A DNA stretch of 64,000 nt from an uncultured Gammaproteobacteria bacterium (GTDB lineage Bacteria > Patescibacteriota > Patescibacteriia > Patescibacteriales > GWE2-39-37), in assembly GCA_964443495.1 (NCBI GenBank), contig CAYUCS010000001.1:405496-469495 (forward strand), written 5' to 3'. Of the stretch, positions 15,442 through 24,492 are shown in pieces (the stretch's first letter is position 1; every line of letters starts with the position of its first letter). A program made the position numbers and the translations under genes. Below the pieces are notes generated by a model that was given only the letters and a program-made list of their open reading frames with translations, was not told the origin of the DNA and made no database searches.

Positions 15442-16642
15442 ACATAATCAAAATTCACCGCTGGCTGACCGCATGCGACCGAAGACATTCGAGGGCTTCT
15501 TCGGGCAGGAGGACATAGTGGGCGAGGGCAAGCTCTTGAGGCAGGCGATCGAGACCGATCGGCTGCCTTCGATGATTTTCTGGGGTCCGCCCGGTTCGGG
15601 CAAGACCACGCTGGCTTATATCATCGCCCAGCAGACCAAGTCGCATTTCGTGCAGATCAGCGCCGTGACTAGCGGGGTCAAGGATTTGCGCCAGATCATC
15701 GAACAGGCGGCGGCAGATCGGGAAAAGGGAATCAGGACCATCCTCTTCATCGACGAGATCCATCGTTGGAACAAAGCGCAGCAGGACGGATTGCTGCCGC
15801 ACTTGGAAAAGGGCACGATCGTCCTGATCGGCGCCACGACCGAGAACCCGAGTTTCGAGGTGCGCGGCGCATTGCTGTCGCGCTGCCGCGTCTTCGTCCT
15901 GAAACAATTGGACGCGAACGATATCGCCGGCATAATCCGAGTCGCCCTGGCGGATAAAGAGCAGGGTTTGGGCAGGCAAAAAACAAGGATAAGCGACGAA
16001 GCTGTCTTGCGTATCGCCGAGCTGGCCAATGGCGACGCCCGCCGCGCCTTGAATGTGCTCGAGTACGCCGCAAGCGTCAGCAAGGATATCACGATCGAAA
16101 CGGTCAAAGAGGCCTTGCAGAAGTCCCATGTCTTTTACGACAAGAATGGAGAAGAGCACTACAACATAATTTCCGCGCTCCACAAATCGCTCAGGGGCTC
16201 TGATCCCGATGCCGCGCTTTATTGGCTGGCCCGGATGGTTGAGGCTGGCGAGGAGCCGCTTTACATCGCGCGGCGCTTGGTGCGTTTCGCCTCCGAAGAT
16301 GTCGGCTTGGCGAATTCGCGGGCGCTTGAGCAGGCGGTCGCAGCTTATCAGGCGTGCCATTTCATCGGCTTGCCGGAGTGCAACGTGATACTTGCGCAAG
16401 CGGTCGTATATCTGGCGAAGTGCCAGAAGTCGAACGAGCTATATGCCGCCTATAATCAGGCGGCAGCCGATGTGCGCCAGTATGGCAATCTGCCTGTGCC
16501 GCTGCACATCCGCAACGCCCCGACAAAACTGATGAAAGAATTGGATTACGGCAAGGGCTATAAGTATTCTCCTGATTACGGTTATAAGGAAGAGCAGGAG
16601 TATCTGCCGGACAAGTTGAAGGGCAGAAAATATCTGAAATAA
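15434..16642 (+). CDS. rarA: Replication-associated recombination protein A (AAA+ ATPase)
   Basis: Walker A GPPGSGKTTLA, Walker B ILFIDEIHRWNKAQQD, and the C-terminal MgsA-type region YDxxGEEHYNxISALHKSLRGSDPDAALYW. Confidence 0.9.
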   Translation: MPEHNQNSPLADRMRPKTFEGFFGQEDIVGEGKLLRQAIETDRLPSMIFWGPPGSGKTTLAYIIAQQTKSHFVQISAVTSGVKDLRQIIEQAAADREKGIRTILFIDEIHRWNKAQQDGLLPHLEKGTIVLIGATTENPSFEVRGALLSRCRVFVLKQLDANDIAGIIRVALADKEQGLGRQKTRISDEAVLRIAELANGDARRALNVLEYAASVSKDITIETVKEALQKSHVFYDKNGEEHYNIISALHKSLRGSDPDAALYWLARMVEAGEEPLYIARRLVRFASEDVGLANSRALEQAVAAYQACHFIGLPECNVILAQAVVYLAKCQKSNELYAAYNQAAADVRQYGNLPVPLHIRNAPTKLMKELDYGKGYKYSPDYGYKEEQEYLPDKLKGRKYLK

Positions 16643-16647
16643 AAAAA

Positions 16648-16676
16648 GCGCCGCCGGTTCGATACCGGCGGCTTTT
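16648..16676. terminator. Bidirectional rho-independent terminator
   Basis: A-run, then GCCGCCGGT-TCGAT-ACCGGCGGC, then TTTT, between the convergent rarA and DHDPS-family genes. Confidence 0.7.
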
Positions 16677-16684
16677 GATTGGTT

Positions 16685-17635
16685 TTAAATCAGGCAGTAG
16701 TGGCGGAGGATGAATTCGATCTGGAGGCGTTTTTCCGGCTCCATCGGGCAGAGCGGCGAGCGGAAACATTCGCTGAACTGGTTCGGGTAGATCATGGACA
16801 GGGCGGTCTTGAGCGGCAGAGGATTGATTTCGATCTCCATCGTCGCCATCAGCAGCTGCATCTCTTTGAAGGCTTTTTCTGCGTCGTCATAGCGCTCTTC
16901 GAGAAGCTGGGCGACCAGGTCTCTGATGCGCGGGAAAGCGAAATTGGCGATGACGGAGATGCCGCCGTCGGCACCGGCTCTCATGATGCGGTAGATGAAG
17001 CGGTCGTCACCGACCAGGACCGTAAAATCCGGCGGACGATCGGTGATGATTTTTTCGGCCTGGTCCGAATCGCCCGACGCCAGCTTGACCCCCTGGATAG
17101 TGCCTTCACGAGCCAGCTCCAGGATCGTTTCGGCATTGACATTGATGCCGGTGCGAGCGGGGTTGTCATACAGTATGATCGGGATTTCCTTCACTTCGCG
17201 CCTGATCGTGCGGTAGTGGTTCATGAGACCGCGCAGGGGCGGACGGATGTAATACGGCGTGACGACGAGCAACCCGTCGGCCTTGGCGAATTTGGCGGCG
17301 CGCGACAGCTCGATCGCTTCGATGGTGGAATTGGCCCCAGTGGCGGCCAAGACCGGAATCTTGCCTCCGGCGATCTTGACCGTTTCGGCGATCATTTTGA
17401 CATGTTCGGCGTAGTTGAGAGTCGGTGATTCTCCGGCCACATCGCAGGCGACCAGGAAATCAGGACCTTGTTCGACCAGACGTCGCAAATGGGTCTGGAA
17501 GGCGCTTAGGTTGATCTGCTCGGGGTACTCGATGGTGACTTTGCCCGGATCTGTCATGCGCTTGATCGGAGCGCCGCGATCGACGAACGGGGTGGGCAAG
17601 GTAACGCCAAGTCCTCGGAATTGTACTGTTTTCAT
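16685..17635 (-). CDS. Dihydrodipicolinate synthase/N-acetylneuraminate lyase-family class I aldolase
   Basis: 316 aa with GESPTL, TPYY and GVKLAS (Schiff-base lysine context). The overlapping plus-strand ORF 16679-17428 is treated as a shadow. Confidence 0.7.
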   Translation of the reverse strand: MKTVQFRGLGVTLPTPFVDRGAPIKRMTDPGKVTIEYPEQINLSAFQTHLRRLVEQGPDFLVACDVAGESPTLNYAEHVKMIAETVKIAGGKIPVLAATGANSTIEAIELSRAAKFAKADGLLVVTPYYIRPPLRGLMNHYRTIRREVKEIPIILYDNPARTGINVNAETILELAREGTIQGVKLASGDSDQAEKIITDRPPDFTVLVGDDRFIYRIMRAGADGGISVIANFAFPRIRDLVAQLLEERYDDAEKAFKEMQLLMATMEIEINPLPLKTALSMIYPNQFSECFRSPLCPMEPEKRLQIEFILRHYCLI

Positions 17636-17781
17636 GATGCCTCCTCGTGGCTTTTATAGTTTGCCTTTATTTTTACGGCTTGGTAAGGTACAATTAATAA
17701 TTGAAAGTCAAGATTAGCATATGGATATGTTTTAGGCAAGGCCTGATATTGGCCATTTTTCGAGAAATTTTCAATTTTCAA

Positions 17782-17801
17782 CCTGCCTGCCGGCAGGCAG
17801 G
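17782..17801. repeat. Perfect 20-bp palindrome CCTGCCTGCCGGCAGGCAGG (copy 2; palindrome extends to 24 bp, 17780-17803)
   Basis: Identical to 12983-13002. Sits in the 235-bp divergent intergenic region, flanked by AAATTTTCAAT at 17765-17775 and 17808-17818. Confidence 0.9.
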
Positions 17802-17870
17802 TTTCCTAAATTTTCAATGAAAATGCGATTCGGTTTGGAAATTAGAAGTTAGAAATTAAGAATAGATTTT

Positions 17871-19010
17871 ATGGATTACTATCAAAAATCGCTAGCGCTG
17901 CATAAGAAAAAGCGCGGCAAGATCGAAATAAGGTCCAAGGTGCCATTGAAAACCAAGGAGGATTTGTCCGTCGCCTACACGCCTGGCGTGGCTGAGGTCT
18001 GCCGGGCTATCGGCAAGGATGTGACCCAGTCCTGGCTTTTGACCAACCGTGCCAATCAGGTGGCCGTAGTATCTGACGGTACGGCCATTTTGGGATTGGG
18101 CGATCTTGGGCCCGAGGCGGCGATGCCGGTCATGGAGGGCAAGGCCATCATCTTCAAAGAGTTTGCCGGTATCGACGCGGTGCCGTTGTGCATCGATTCG
18201 ACCGTGCCGGAAGAAATAGTCAAATTCTGCAAGATGATCGCGCCAAGCTTTGCCGGAATCAATCTGGAAGACATCTCCGCACCGCGCTGCTTCGATATCC
18301 TGAAGCAGCTGGAAAAGGAATTGTCGATACCGGTATTCCATGACGATCAAGACGGGACGGCAATCGTCGTCTTGGCCGCCTTGATCAATGCCTGCCGCGT
18401 TACCGGCAAAGTAATGAAAGAATTGACCGTGGTGGTCAACGGCGCCGGTGCCGCGGGCATAGCCATCACCAAGCTGCTGCTGGAGCAGGGGGTCAAGGAT
18501 GCGATCCTGCTCGACTCTTCCGGCACCATCTATCGAGGCCGCCCGGGCATGAACGGCTTCAAGGTCGAGATTGCCAAGATTACCAACAGGAAAAAGGTCA
18601 AGGGCGGACTGAGCGAAGCCTTGGCCGGCGCCGATGTTTTTGTGGGCGTTTCAAAGGGCAATCTGGTTACCGAGAGCATGGTGCGAACCATGAATGAAAG
18701 CCCGATCATCTTCGCGATGGCTAATCCGGTTCCTGAAATAATGCCGGAGGCGGCCTATGCCGGAGGGGCCAGCATCGTCGGCACTGGACGCTCGGACCTG
18801 CCGAATCAGGTCAATAATGCTTTGGTCTTCCCAGGACTCTTTCGCGGCCTGCTCGACGGCAAGGCGCGAGGAGTTTCAACCAAGATGAAGCTGGCGGTCG
18901 CGGTCGCGGTCGCCTATACGGTCAAGCCGACCAAGGGCAAACTGCTGCCCGCCGTGACTGACAAGAAGGTGGTTAAGGCCATCCGTGACGTCGTAATAAA
19001 ATACAGCTGA
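17871..19010 (+). CDS. NAD(P)-dependent malic enzyme (short form)
   Basis: LSVAYTPGVAEVCRAI, VVSDGTAILGLGDLG, NLEDISAPRCF and VVNGAGAAG. Confidence 0.9.
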   Translation: MDYYQKSLALHKKKRGKIEIRSKVPLKTKEDLSVAYTPGVAEVCRAIGKDVTQSWLLTNRANQVAVVSDGTAILGLGDLGPEAAMPVMEGKAIIFKEFAGIDAVPLCIDSTVPEEIVKFCKMIAPSFAGINLEDISAPRCFDILKQLEKELSIPVFHDDQDGTAIVVLAALINACRVTGKVMKELTVVVNGAGAAGIAITKLLLEQGVKDAILLDSSGTIYRGRPGMNGFKVEIAKITNRKKVKGGLSEALAGADVFVGVSKGNLVTESMVRTMNESPIIFAMANPVPEIMPEAAYAGGASIVGTGRSDLPNQVNNALVFPGLFRGLLDGKARGVSTKMKLAVAVAVAYTVKPTKGKLLPAVTDKKVVKAIRDVVIKYS

Positions 19011-19012
19011 AT

Positions 19013-19555
19013 ATGAAAAAAATATTATTAATATTGCCGGCTGCGCTGATCGTCTTGGCTGGCTGCGGTTCTAACGGAAATAAGGAAGCAGCGGAGCAAG
19101 CGGCGCCAGTCAAGGTGTCCAAGCCGGTCGCGGTCGTGATAGCCCCATCGGACTTCGACGAGGCGGTTTTGGGCAAGGTCGAAGCACAACTGGCCCGTCA
19201 GAAGCTGGCTTATGAGCTGGTTACTATACAGGTCGGGAAATTCGTCGGACCGAACGGCCGAGAGGTCGAGGTCAAAAAAGCATCCTGGGAAGTCAAGCCG
19301 GATGATTACGGGGCGGTCGTATTCATCGGCGGCGCCGGCATGGGCGAGATTGCCAAGGATGATACTTTCGTATTCATGGCTCAGAAATTCGGCAAGTCCG
19401 GCAAGAAGCTGGTCGCTTTCGGCGAGGGCAACGAGGTGCTGCGCAACGCGGGCCTGCCCGACGCAGGACCCGCCCCCGAGCAGGCCCAATCTGCCGGCAG
19501 CCCGGGTAGCAGCGACTCTGAGATCTCGCAGATAATCGAATCGTTGACCGAATGA
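19013..19555 (+). CDS. Lipoprotein with weak DJ-1/PfpI-like features and no nucleophile cysteine
   Basis: Lipobox VLAGCG. AVVFIGGAGM resembles the DJ-1 motif, but the expected Cys position reads AFGEGNE. Confidence 0.3.
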   Translation: MKKILLILPAALIVLAGCGSNGNKEAAEQAAPVKVSKPVAVVIAPSDFDEAVLGKVEAQLARQKLAYELVTIQVGKFVGPNGREVEVKKASWEVKPDDYGAVVFIGGAGMGEIAKDDTFVFMAQKFGKSGKKLVAFGEGNEVLRNAGLPDAGPAPEQAQSAGSPGSSDSEISQIIESLTE

Positions 19556-20478
19556 GGCTGTTGCGCTGGGTAAAATTGCTCCACCTGGCTAGCTGGAGCC
19601 TTCTCGTCGCTAAGCTGCTGACCTCCGCCAGTCCAAGAATTCCGGATGTGGCCAGTTTCGCGTATGACGACAAGCTTGTTCACATGCTGCTGTTCGGCGG
19701 CTTGGTCTTTTTCTTGATCGAGGCGATCGAAGCCTGGTTCAGTCCACGCTATTGGCAGCTTGTCGGGCTGGCCTTGTCCTTCAGCATCGCATATGCGTTC
19801 TTGCTGGAGTACCTTCAGAATTTCATACCCGGAAGGACGGTTTCCGGATTCGACACCTTGGCAGGCGTTGCCGGTTCCGTGTTGGCTATCGTTGCCATAT
19901 ATTGGCTGGATTTCAGCGAGCTTCGCCGGCCGAAGCTGCTCTTGCAAGTCTGTTGCATCGGTTGCGGCGCTTATGTCTCGACCTTGCTGAAAAAAGATTA
20001 TCGCATCACTTTGTATTTCTATAATCCGAACATATACCCCGAAGCCGAATATCATAAGCGTTTGGCCGAGACTCGCAAGTTTGCCAGGAAGCTAGGCTTG
20101 AAATTGCTGGTCGGCAAGTACCATCACGCGCAGTGGCTGGAATCGGTCAAAGGTCATGAGATGGATCCCGAGAAAGGCGCCCGGTGCGTCATCTGCTATC
20201 GCGATCGTTTGACGGCAGCGGCCCAGGTGGCCAAACAGCTCAAGTTCCGATATTTCGCCTCGACCCTGACCATCAGCCCGCATAAGATGGCGTCCGCCAT
20301 CAGCCAGATCGGCAACGAACTCTCGAAAGAATATAAGGTCAAATTTTTGGACCGTGATTTCAAGAAGCAGGACGGCTTCAAAAAATCGGTCGAACTCTCG
20401 CGCGGCCTCGGGCTTTATAGGCAAGACTATTGCGGTTGCGAGTTCAGCCTGAGGGATCGTGATGCTCGAAAGGACTGA
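19552..20478 (+). CDS. queH: Fusion of a VanZ-like membrane domain with epoxyqueuosine reductase QueH (DUF208)
   Basis: N-terminal ~125 aa contain TM helices and DKLVHMLLFGGLVFF (VanZ-like). The C-terminal part has LLLQVCCIGCG, YFYNPNIYP, RCVICYRDRL and YRQDYCGCEFS (QueH). Confidence 0.8.
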   Translation: MRLLRWVKLLHLASWSLLVAKLLTSASPRIPDVASFAYDDKLVHMLLFGGLVFFLIEAIEAWFSPRYWQLVGLALSFSIAYAFLLEYLQNFIPGRTVSGFDTLAGVAGSVLAIVAIYWLDFSELRRPKLLLQVCCIGCGAYVSTLLKKDYRITLYFYNPNIYPEAEYHKRLAETRKFARKLGLKLLVGKYHHAQWLESVKGHEMDPEKGARCVICYRDRLTAAAQVAKQLKFRYFASTLTISPHKMASAISQIGNELSKEYKVKFLDRDFKKQDGFKKSVELSRGLGLYRQDYCGCEFSLRDRDARKD

Positions 20479-20479
20479 T

Positions 20480-20509
20480 TTGATATTGGGCACGCAATCG
20501 TGTTATAAT
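20480..20509 (+). promoter_or_regulatory. Candidate promoter
   Basis: TTGATA (20480-20485), 18-nt spacer, TG-T-TATAAT (20501-20509), about 30 nt upstream of the ATG at 20540. Confidence 0.4.
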
Positions 20510-20539
20510 AATATTGATTTAATCATTAGCGGGACAAAT

Positions 20540-20872
20540 ATGACCAAGGAACGATGGAATGATCTGGTCGGCCAGATCAAGGACAATTTCAGCGTCGAGG
20601 AAGAGGCTAAAGAGGAGCTGTCAGAGGAGGAGGGGGTCGGTAATCGCTATTTCGTGATTTTCAACGGCCCCTTGGGTCGTATGATGCTCGAGCTTATCGA
20701 ACGCCCGGTCATCTTGGATAAGAAGACCAAGTATTCGAACCGCATCGGTTCACAGACTCAAGTCGAGTATGTCTACAGCGAGGACGAGAACACCTACAAG
20801 ATGCACGCTTATCGCTGGGATGAGGCTGCTGATGATTGGCTGGAGATGGAAGCCGGTAAACTATCATTTTAA
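20540..20872 (+). CDS. Hypothetical acidic protein
   Basis: 110 aa counted from the internal ATG downstream of the candidate promoter. No recognised motif. Confidence 0.45.
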   Translation: MTKERWNDLVGQIKDNFSVEEEAKEELSEEEGVGNRYFVIFNGPLGRMMLELIERPVILDKKTKYSNRIGSQTQVEYVYSEDENTYKMHAYRWDEAADDWLEMEAGKLSF

Positions 20873-20891
20873 TAGCTCTTATCTTATCCTT

Positions 20892-23282
20892 ATGGACAAA
20901 GTCAAATCTTCATTCGTGAGCTGGCCAGCCTTGGTGTTGGCGCTTTTGTTTTTGGCTACCGGCTGCGCTTTGCCATGGGCGAAAAAGCCGCCCGTGGTCC
21001 AGCCACCCGCACCGAAAACCGAAAATAAGGCCACTACCACGGACATAGCGACCCAGTTGGCGGCACAGTCCAAGATCAAGAAATTCGCTAGCAAGGAAGA
21101 GCTCGTGGCTTTTCTTGAAGCCAGGCAGGACTCGCAGGCTTACAACGGCTTCAGCGGCGACATAATGATGAATCGCGGAGTCATGCGCGAATCGGCGACG
21201 GATCTGTTCGGCGGCAGCCCCGTCAAGTCCCTCGCCGCCCCGATGGCCAAATCGGATGCCGCCACCCAATCGTCAGGCGGCAGCGCCGATTATTCCAAAA
21301 CCAATATCCAGGTCGAGGGCGTAGATGAGGCCGACATCCTCAAGACCGACGGCCAGTACATCTATGCCTTGAATCGCCAGGAAATCGTTATTACCCTGGC
21401 CTATCCCGCGACCGACATCAAGGTAGTGAGCCGCCTCGCTTTCAAGGGACAGCCCCAGGAGCTCTACATCAGCGGCGATAAGCTGGTGGTTTTCGGCCAG
21501 TCATACGGCAACCAAGTAATGTCCGCACCGGCTGATTGCAAAGGGCAGGACTGCAAAGCGAGCGCCGAGATGCCGGATCGGACCATGCCAGTCATGCAGG
21601 GCCAGTTCACCTTCGTCAATGTTTACGATGTCAGCGACAAGGCCAAGCCGAAACTCGAGCGCGACATGGCGCTCGAGGGCTCATACGTCAACTCCCGCCT
21701 GATCGGTGATTATGTCTATCTGCTGACCAGCAAATACAGCTATGATTTTTCGCCGGAACCGCTGCCTCTGATCGTCCGTCAAGGCAAGGTTTCGCGCATG
21801 GAGATGCCCCCAGTCTATTATTTCGACATGCCCTATCAGTCATATAATTTCACCTCGGTTTCCGCAATCAACGTGAAGGACAGTTCGGCACAGGAGAAGA
21901 GCGAGATCTATCTCCTGTCCGGTACCCAGAATCTGTTCGTGTCGCAGGGTAATATCTATATAACTTACACCAAGTATTTGGACGAGAACCAGCTACGGAT
22001 GGAAGTAACGCGCGAGCTGCTGCTGCCCAAGCTGACCGAAACTGACCGGGGACGGATCGCCAAGATCGATGCGGCCGACGAGCAGGTGCTTTCCAAGCCG
22101 GAGAAGCTGAGCAAGGTCTATATGATCATCGCCCGCTATCTGATGTCGCTGGGGCAGAAGGAGCAGCAGCAGGTCGAAGAGCAGATTCAGCAAGCGGTCA
22201 AGAAGAAGTATGCCGATATCAGCAAGGAGCTTGAGAAGACGGTCATCCACAAGGTTGCCATCGCCGGAGACAAGATCGAGTATAAGACCGCAGCCGAAGT
22301 TCCTGGTTCGGTCCTGAACCAGTTCTCGATGGATGAACAGGACGGTTATTTCCGTATCGCCACTACCAAGAACCGCAATTGGTCCGGGCTGATTGAGGAA
22401 GAGGAAAGGGACTCTTACAGCAACCTGTACGTGCTCGACAAGGACATGAAACAGGTCGGATCGTTGGAGAATCTGGCTAAGGGCGAGCGCATCTATTCGG
22501 TCCGCTTCATGGGCAAGCGGGCCTATATGGTAACCTTCAAGCAGACCGACCCGCTGTTCGTAATCGACTTGTCGTCGCCGGCCGCGCCTAAGGTCTTGGG
22601 CGAATTGAAGATACCGGGCTTTTCAAACTATCTCCATCCGTACGACGAGAATACTTTGATCGGCTTCGGCAAGGATACGTCAGAAAATCAGTTCGGCGGC
22701 GTCATTGCCGGAGGGTTGAAGCTTTCGTTATTCGATGTCAGCCAAGTCGATAAGCCGGTCGAGTTGGATCACTATACGATGGGTGATCGCGGCAGCGATT
22801 CCATCGCCCTCAATGACCATCGCGCTTTCCTATTCTCTCGCGATAAGAATCTTTTAGTTGTCCCGGTTTCGCTCTATGAGTCGCCCAGCAAGATGGAGTG
22901 GGGCAAGTTCGTCTTCGGCGGCGTAGCCGTCTTCTCGATCGATGACAAGAAGTTCGTTCTTCGCGGCAAGATCGACCACTCCGACAAGGGCCAGCCTGGC
23001 GGCAATTATTATCTCGACGGCTATTCGTATTACGACAACAATGTCTTGCGGAGCCTCTATATCAAAGACGCGCTCTACACCTATTCGGCCCGGTACCTCA
23101 AGGCCAACAAATTGTCTGACTTGACTGAATTGAAGAAGCTGGGCTTCTCGCCTGAGAAGCCGGCAGTCGAGGCCACATCAACGGAAGCGGTGCCGCTGCC
23201 CGAAGACCAGGGCTTGCCTTTGGTTGCTCCTTCGGCTGGCCAGGGAAGCGTGCCCATGTTCAGAGGAAAACAAATTAAATAA
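20892..23282 (+). CDS. Secreted lipoprotein with beta-propeller domain (COG4880-like)
   Basis: Start placed at MDKVKSS... with lipobox LATGCA. TNIQVEGVDEADILKTDGQYIYAL, DPLFVIDLS and HPYDENTLIGFG are typical of this family. Confidence 0.6.
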   Translation: MDKVKSSFVSWPALVLALLFLATGCALPWAKKPPVVQPPAPKTENKATTTDIATQLAAQSKIKKFASKEELVAFLEARQDSQAYNGFSGDIMMNRGVMRESATDLFGGSPVKSLAAPMAKSDAATQSSGGSADYSKTNIQVEGVDEADILKTDGQYIYALNRQEIVITLAYPATDIKVVSRLAFKGQPQELYISGDKLVVFGQSYGNQVMSAPADCKGQDCKASAEMPDRTMPVMQGQFTFVNVYDVSDKAKPKLERDMALEGSYVNSRLIGDYVYLLTSKYSYDFSPEPLPLIVRQGKVSRMEMPPVYYFDMPYQSYNFTSVSAINVKDSSAQEKSEIYLLSGTQNLFVSQGNIYITYTKYLDENQLRMEVTRELLLPKLTETDRGRIAKIDAADEQVLSKPEKLSKVYMIIARYLMSLGQKEQQQVEEQIQQAVKKKYADISKELEKTVIHKVAIAGDKIEYKTAAEVPGSVLNQFSMDEQDGYFRIATTKNRNWSGLIEEEERDSYSNLYVLDKDMKQVGSLENLAKGERIYSVRFMGKRAYMVTFKQTDPLFVIDLSSPAAPKVLGELKIPGFSNYLHPYDENTLIGFGKDTSENQFGGVIAGGLKLSLFDVSQVDKPVELDHYTMGDRGSDSIALNDHRAFLFSRDKNLLVVPVSLYESPSKMEWGKFVFGGVAVFSIDDKKFVLRGKIDHSDKGQPGGNYYLDGYSYYDNNVLRSLYIKDALYTYSARYLKANKLSDLTELKKLGFSPEKPAVEATSTEAVPLPEDQGLPLVAPSAGQGSVPMFRGKQIK

Positions 23283-23287
23283 AACCT

Positions 23288-23704
23288 ATGTCTTCAAACG
23301 CAAAAATTTCAATCGCGACGATCCTGCTCATTTTCGCCTTCACTGGTTTGATTTCCTGGATCAGCTTCAATGCCCGGGCGCTCAATCAGATCGCCCGCGA
23401 CAATCAGCAAAAGAAGAGTCAGGTTGACCTGGTCAAGCTCGACGTCGAATACCGGCAGCATGCCAGGTCGATCGTCGCCAGATTGTCACAGATCGGCGAT
23501 AACGCAGCCGAACATCAAGTGGTTGAGCTCAGAAAGGAGCTTCTCGAGCTTTTCGTGCCTGGCAAATTCAAGCAGCTGCACGTCGAATTGGTATTCGCCA
23601 TGAATCAGCGCCTTGAGTCCATCCAGCGAGGCGATCAGGAGAAGAAGATGGCCAGTGAGAATGCGATTAATAAAGCGAAGACTGAATATTCCTGGCTGAA
23701 CTGA
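23288..23704 (+). CDS. Hypothetical N-terminally anchored protein
   Basis: 138-aa ORF with a single N-terminal TM helix and a helical remainder. Confidence 0.45.
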   Translation: MSSNAKISIATILLIFAFTGLISWISFNARALNQIARDNQQKKSQVDLVKLDVEYRQHARSIVARLSQIGDNAAEHQVVELRKELLELFVPGKFKQLHVELVFAMNQRLESIQRGDQEKKMASENAINKAKTEYSWLN

Positions 23705-23706
23705 CG

Positions 23707-24471
23707 ATGTACAACCGACTGCTCCCATTATTAGTATCATTAGCGGCTTTAGCTGGCCTAGAAACGCTGCTGGCTAATCACCGGCTGCTTTATGGCGCCG
23801 TAGCAGTTGTCAATATCGCCATGATCGCAGCCATCTGGCGCATGGCCAAAGACAGCTCGGTCAGCAAGGAGTGGTGGCATTTTTCGATAATGCCGGTGGT
23901 GTATTTTTCCAGCGTCGTGATGTACACGACCCTGCTCAGGTTGGAGGATCGCGTCCTGATCCAGTTCCTATATCTCTTTTCCGCGATGGTAATTTACCTG
24001 TATTTCCGCTTCAGTTACTATTTTCTTCTGCGCCCCATGGCCTACAAGGTTTCCTCGATCGAAAACTTGTCCAGTTACGCCAATTTTTTGAGCTTTTATT
24101 TCATTTCAGCCTCGCTATACGGTTTTCAGGCATTTTTGAAAATGTCGGCTTGGCCCCTCCTTTTAGGGCTGGCTGTCGCTTGCATTTTAATGATATATCA
24201 GCTATTCTGGGCTAGTAAAATAAGCTTCAAGTCTGGTGCTACTTATTTGTTCATAATCGCCGCTTGCCTGCTGGAATCGGCTTGGGCGCTTTCTTTTTGG
24301 CCCTTGAATTTCCACGTTGTCGGCTTAAGCCTGGCTATCGGCTATTATGTCTTGGCCAATCTGGCCCGTTTCAGCCTGTTGGGGCAGATTGATGGCCGTA
24401 GGATCAAATACAATCTCTGGTTTGCCGGTACGAGCTTGGCCCTGTTATGGCTCACTGCTCGCTGGCTCTAG
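23707..24471 (+). CDS. Hypothetical polytopic membrane protein
   Basis: 254 aa with about 8 hydrophobic segments. Starts 3 nt after the previous stop. Confidence 0.5.
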   Translation: MYNRLLPLLVSLAALAGLETLLANHRLLYGAVAVVNIAMIAAIWRMAKDSSVSKEWWHFSIMPVVYFSSVVMYTTLLRLEDRVLIQFLYLFSAMVIYLYFRFSYYFLLRPMAYKVSSIENLSSYANFLSFYFISASLYGFQAFLKMSAWPLLLGLAVACILMIYQLFWASKISFKSGATYLFIIAACLLESAWALSFWPLNFHVVGLSLAIGYYVLANLARFSLLGQIDGRRIKYNLWFAGTSLALLWLTARWL

Positions 24472-24492
24472 AAGCGGATAATTAGTAAATAA

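Noticed and set aside
20769-20891. Track start of the 837-aa ORF at 20769, which overlaps the upstream gene by about 100 nt and might suggest a frameshifted fusion.
   Set aside because: The overlap region translates to an Arg/Thr-rich sequence without signal features. An in-frame ATG at 20892 gives a canonical lipoprotein signal (LLFLATGCA), so the simple internal start is preferred.
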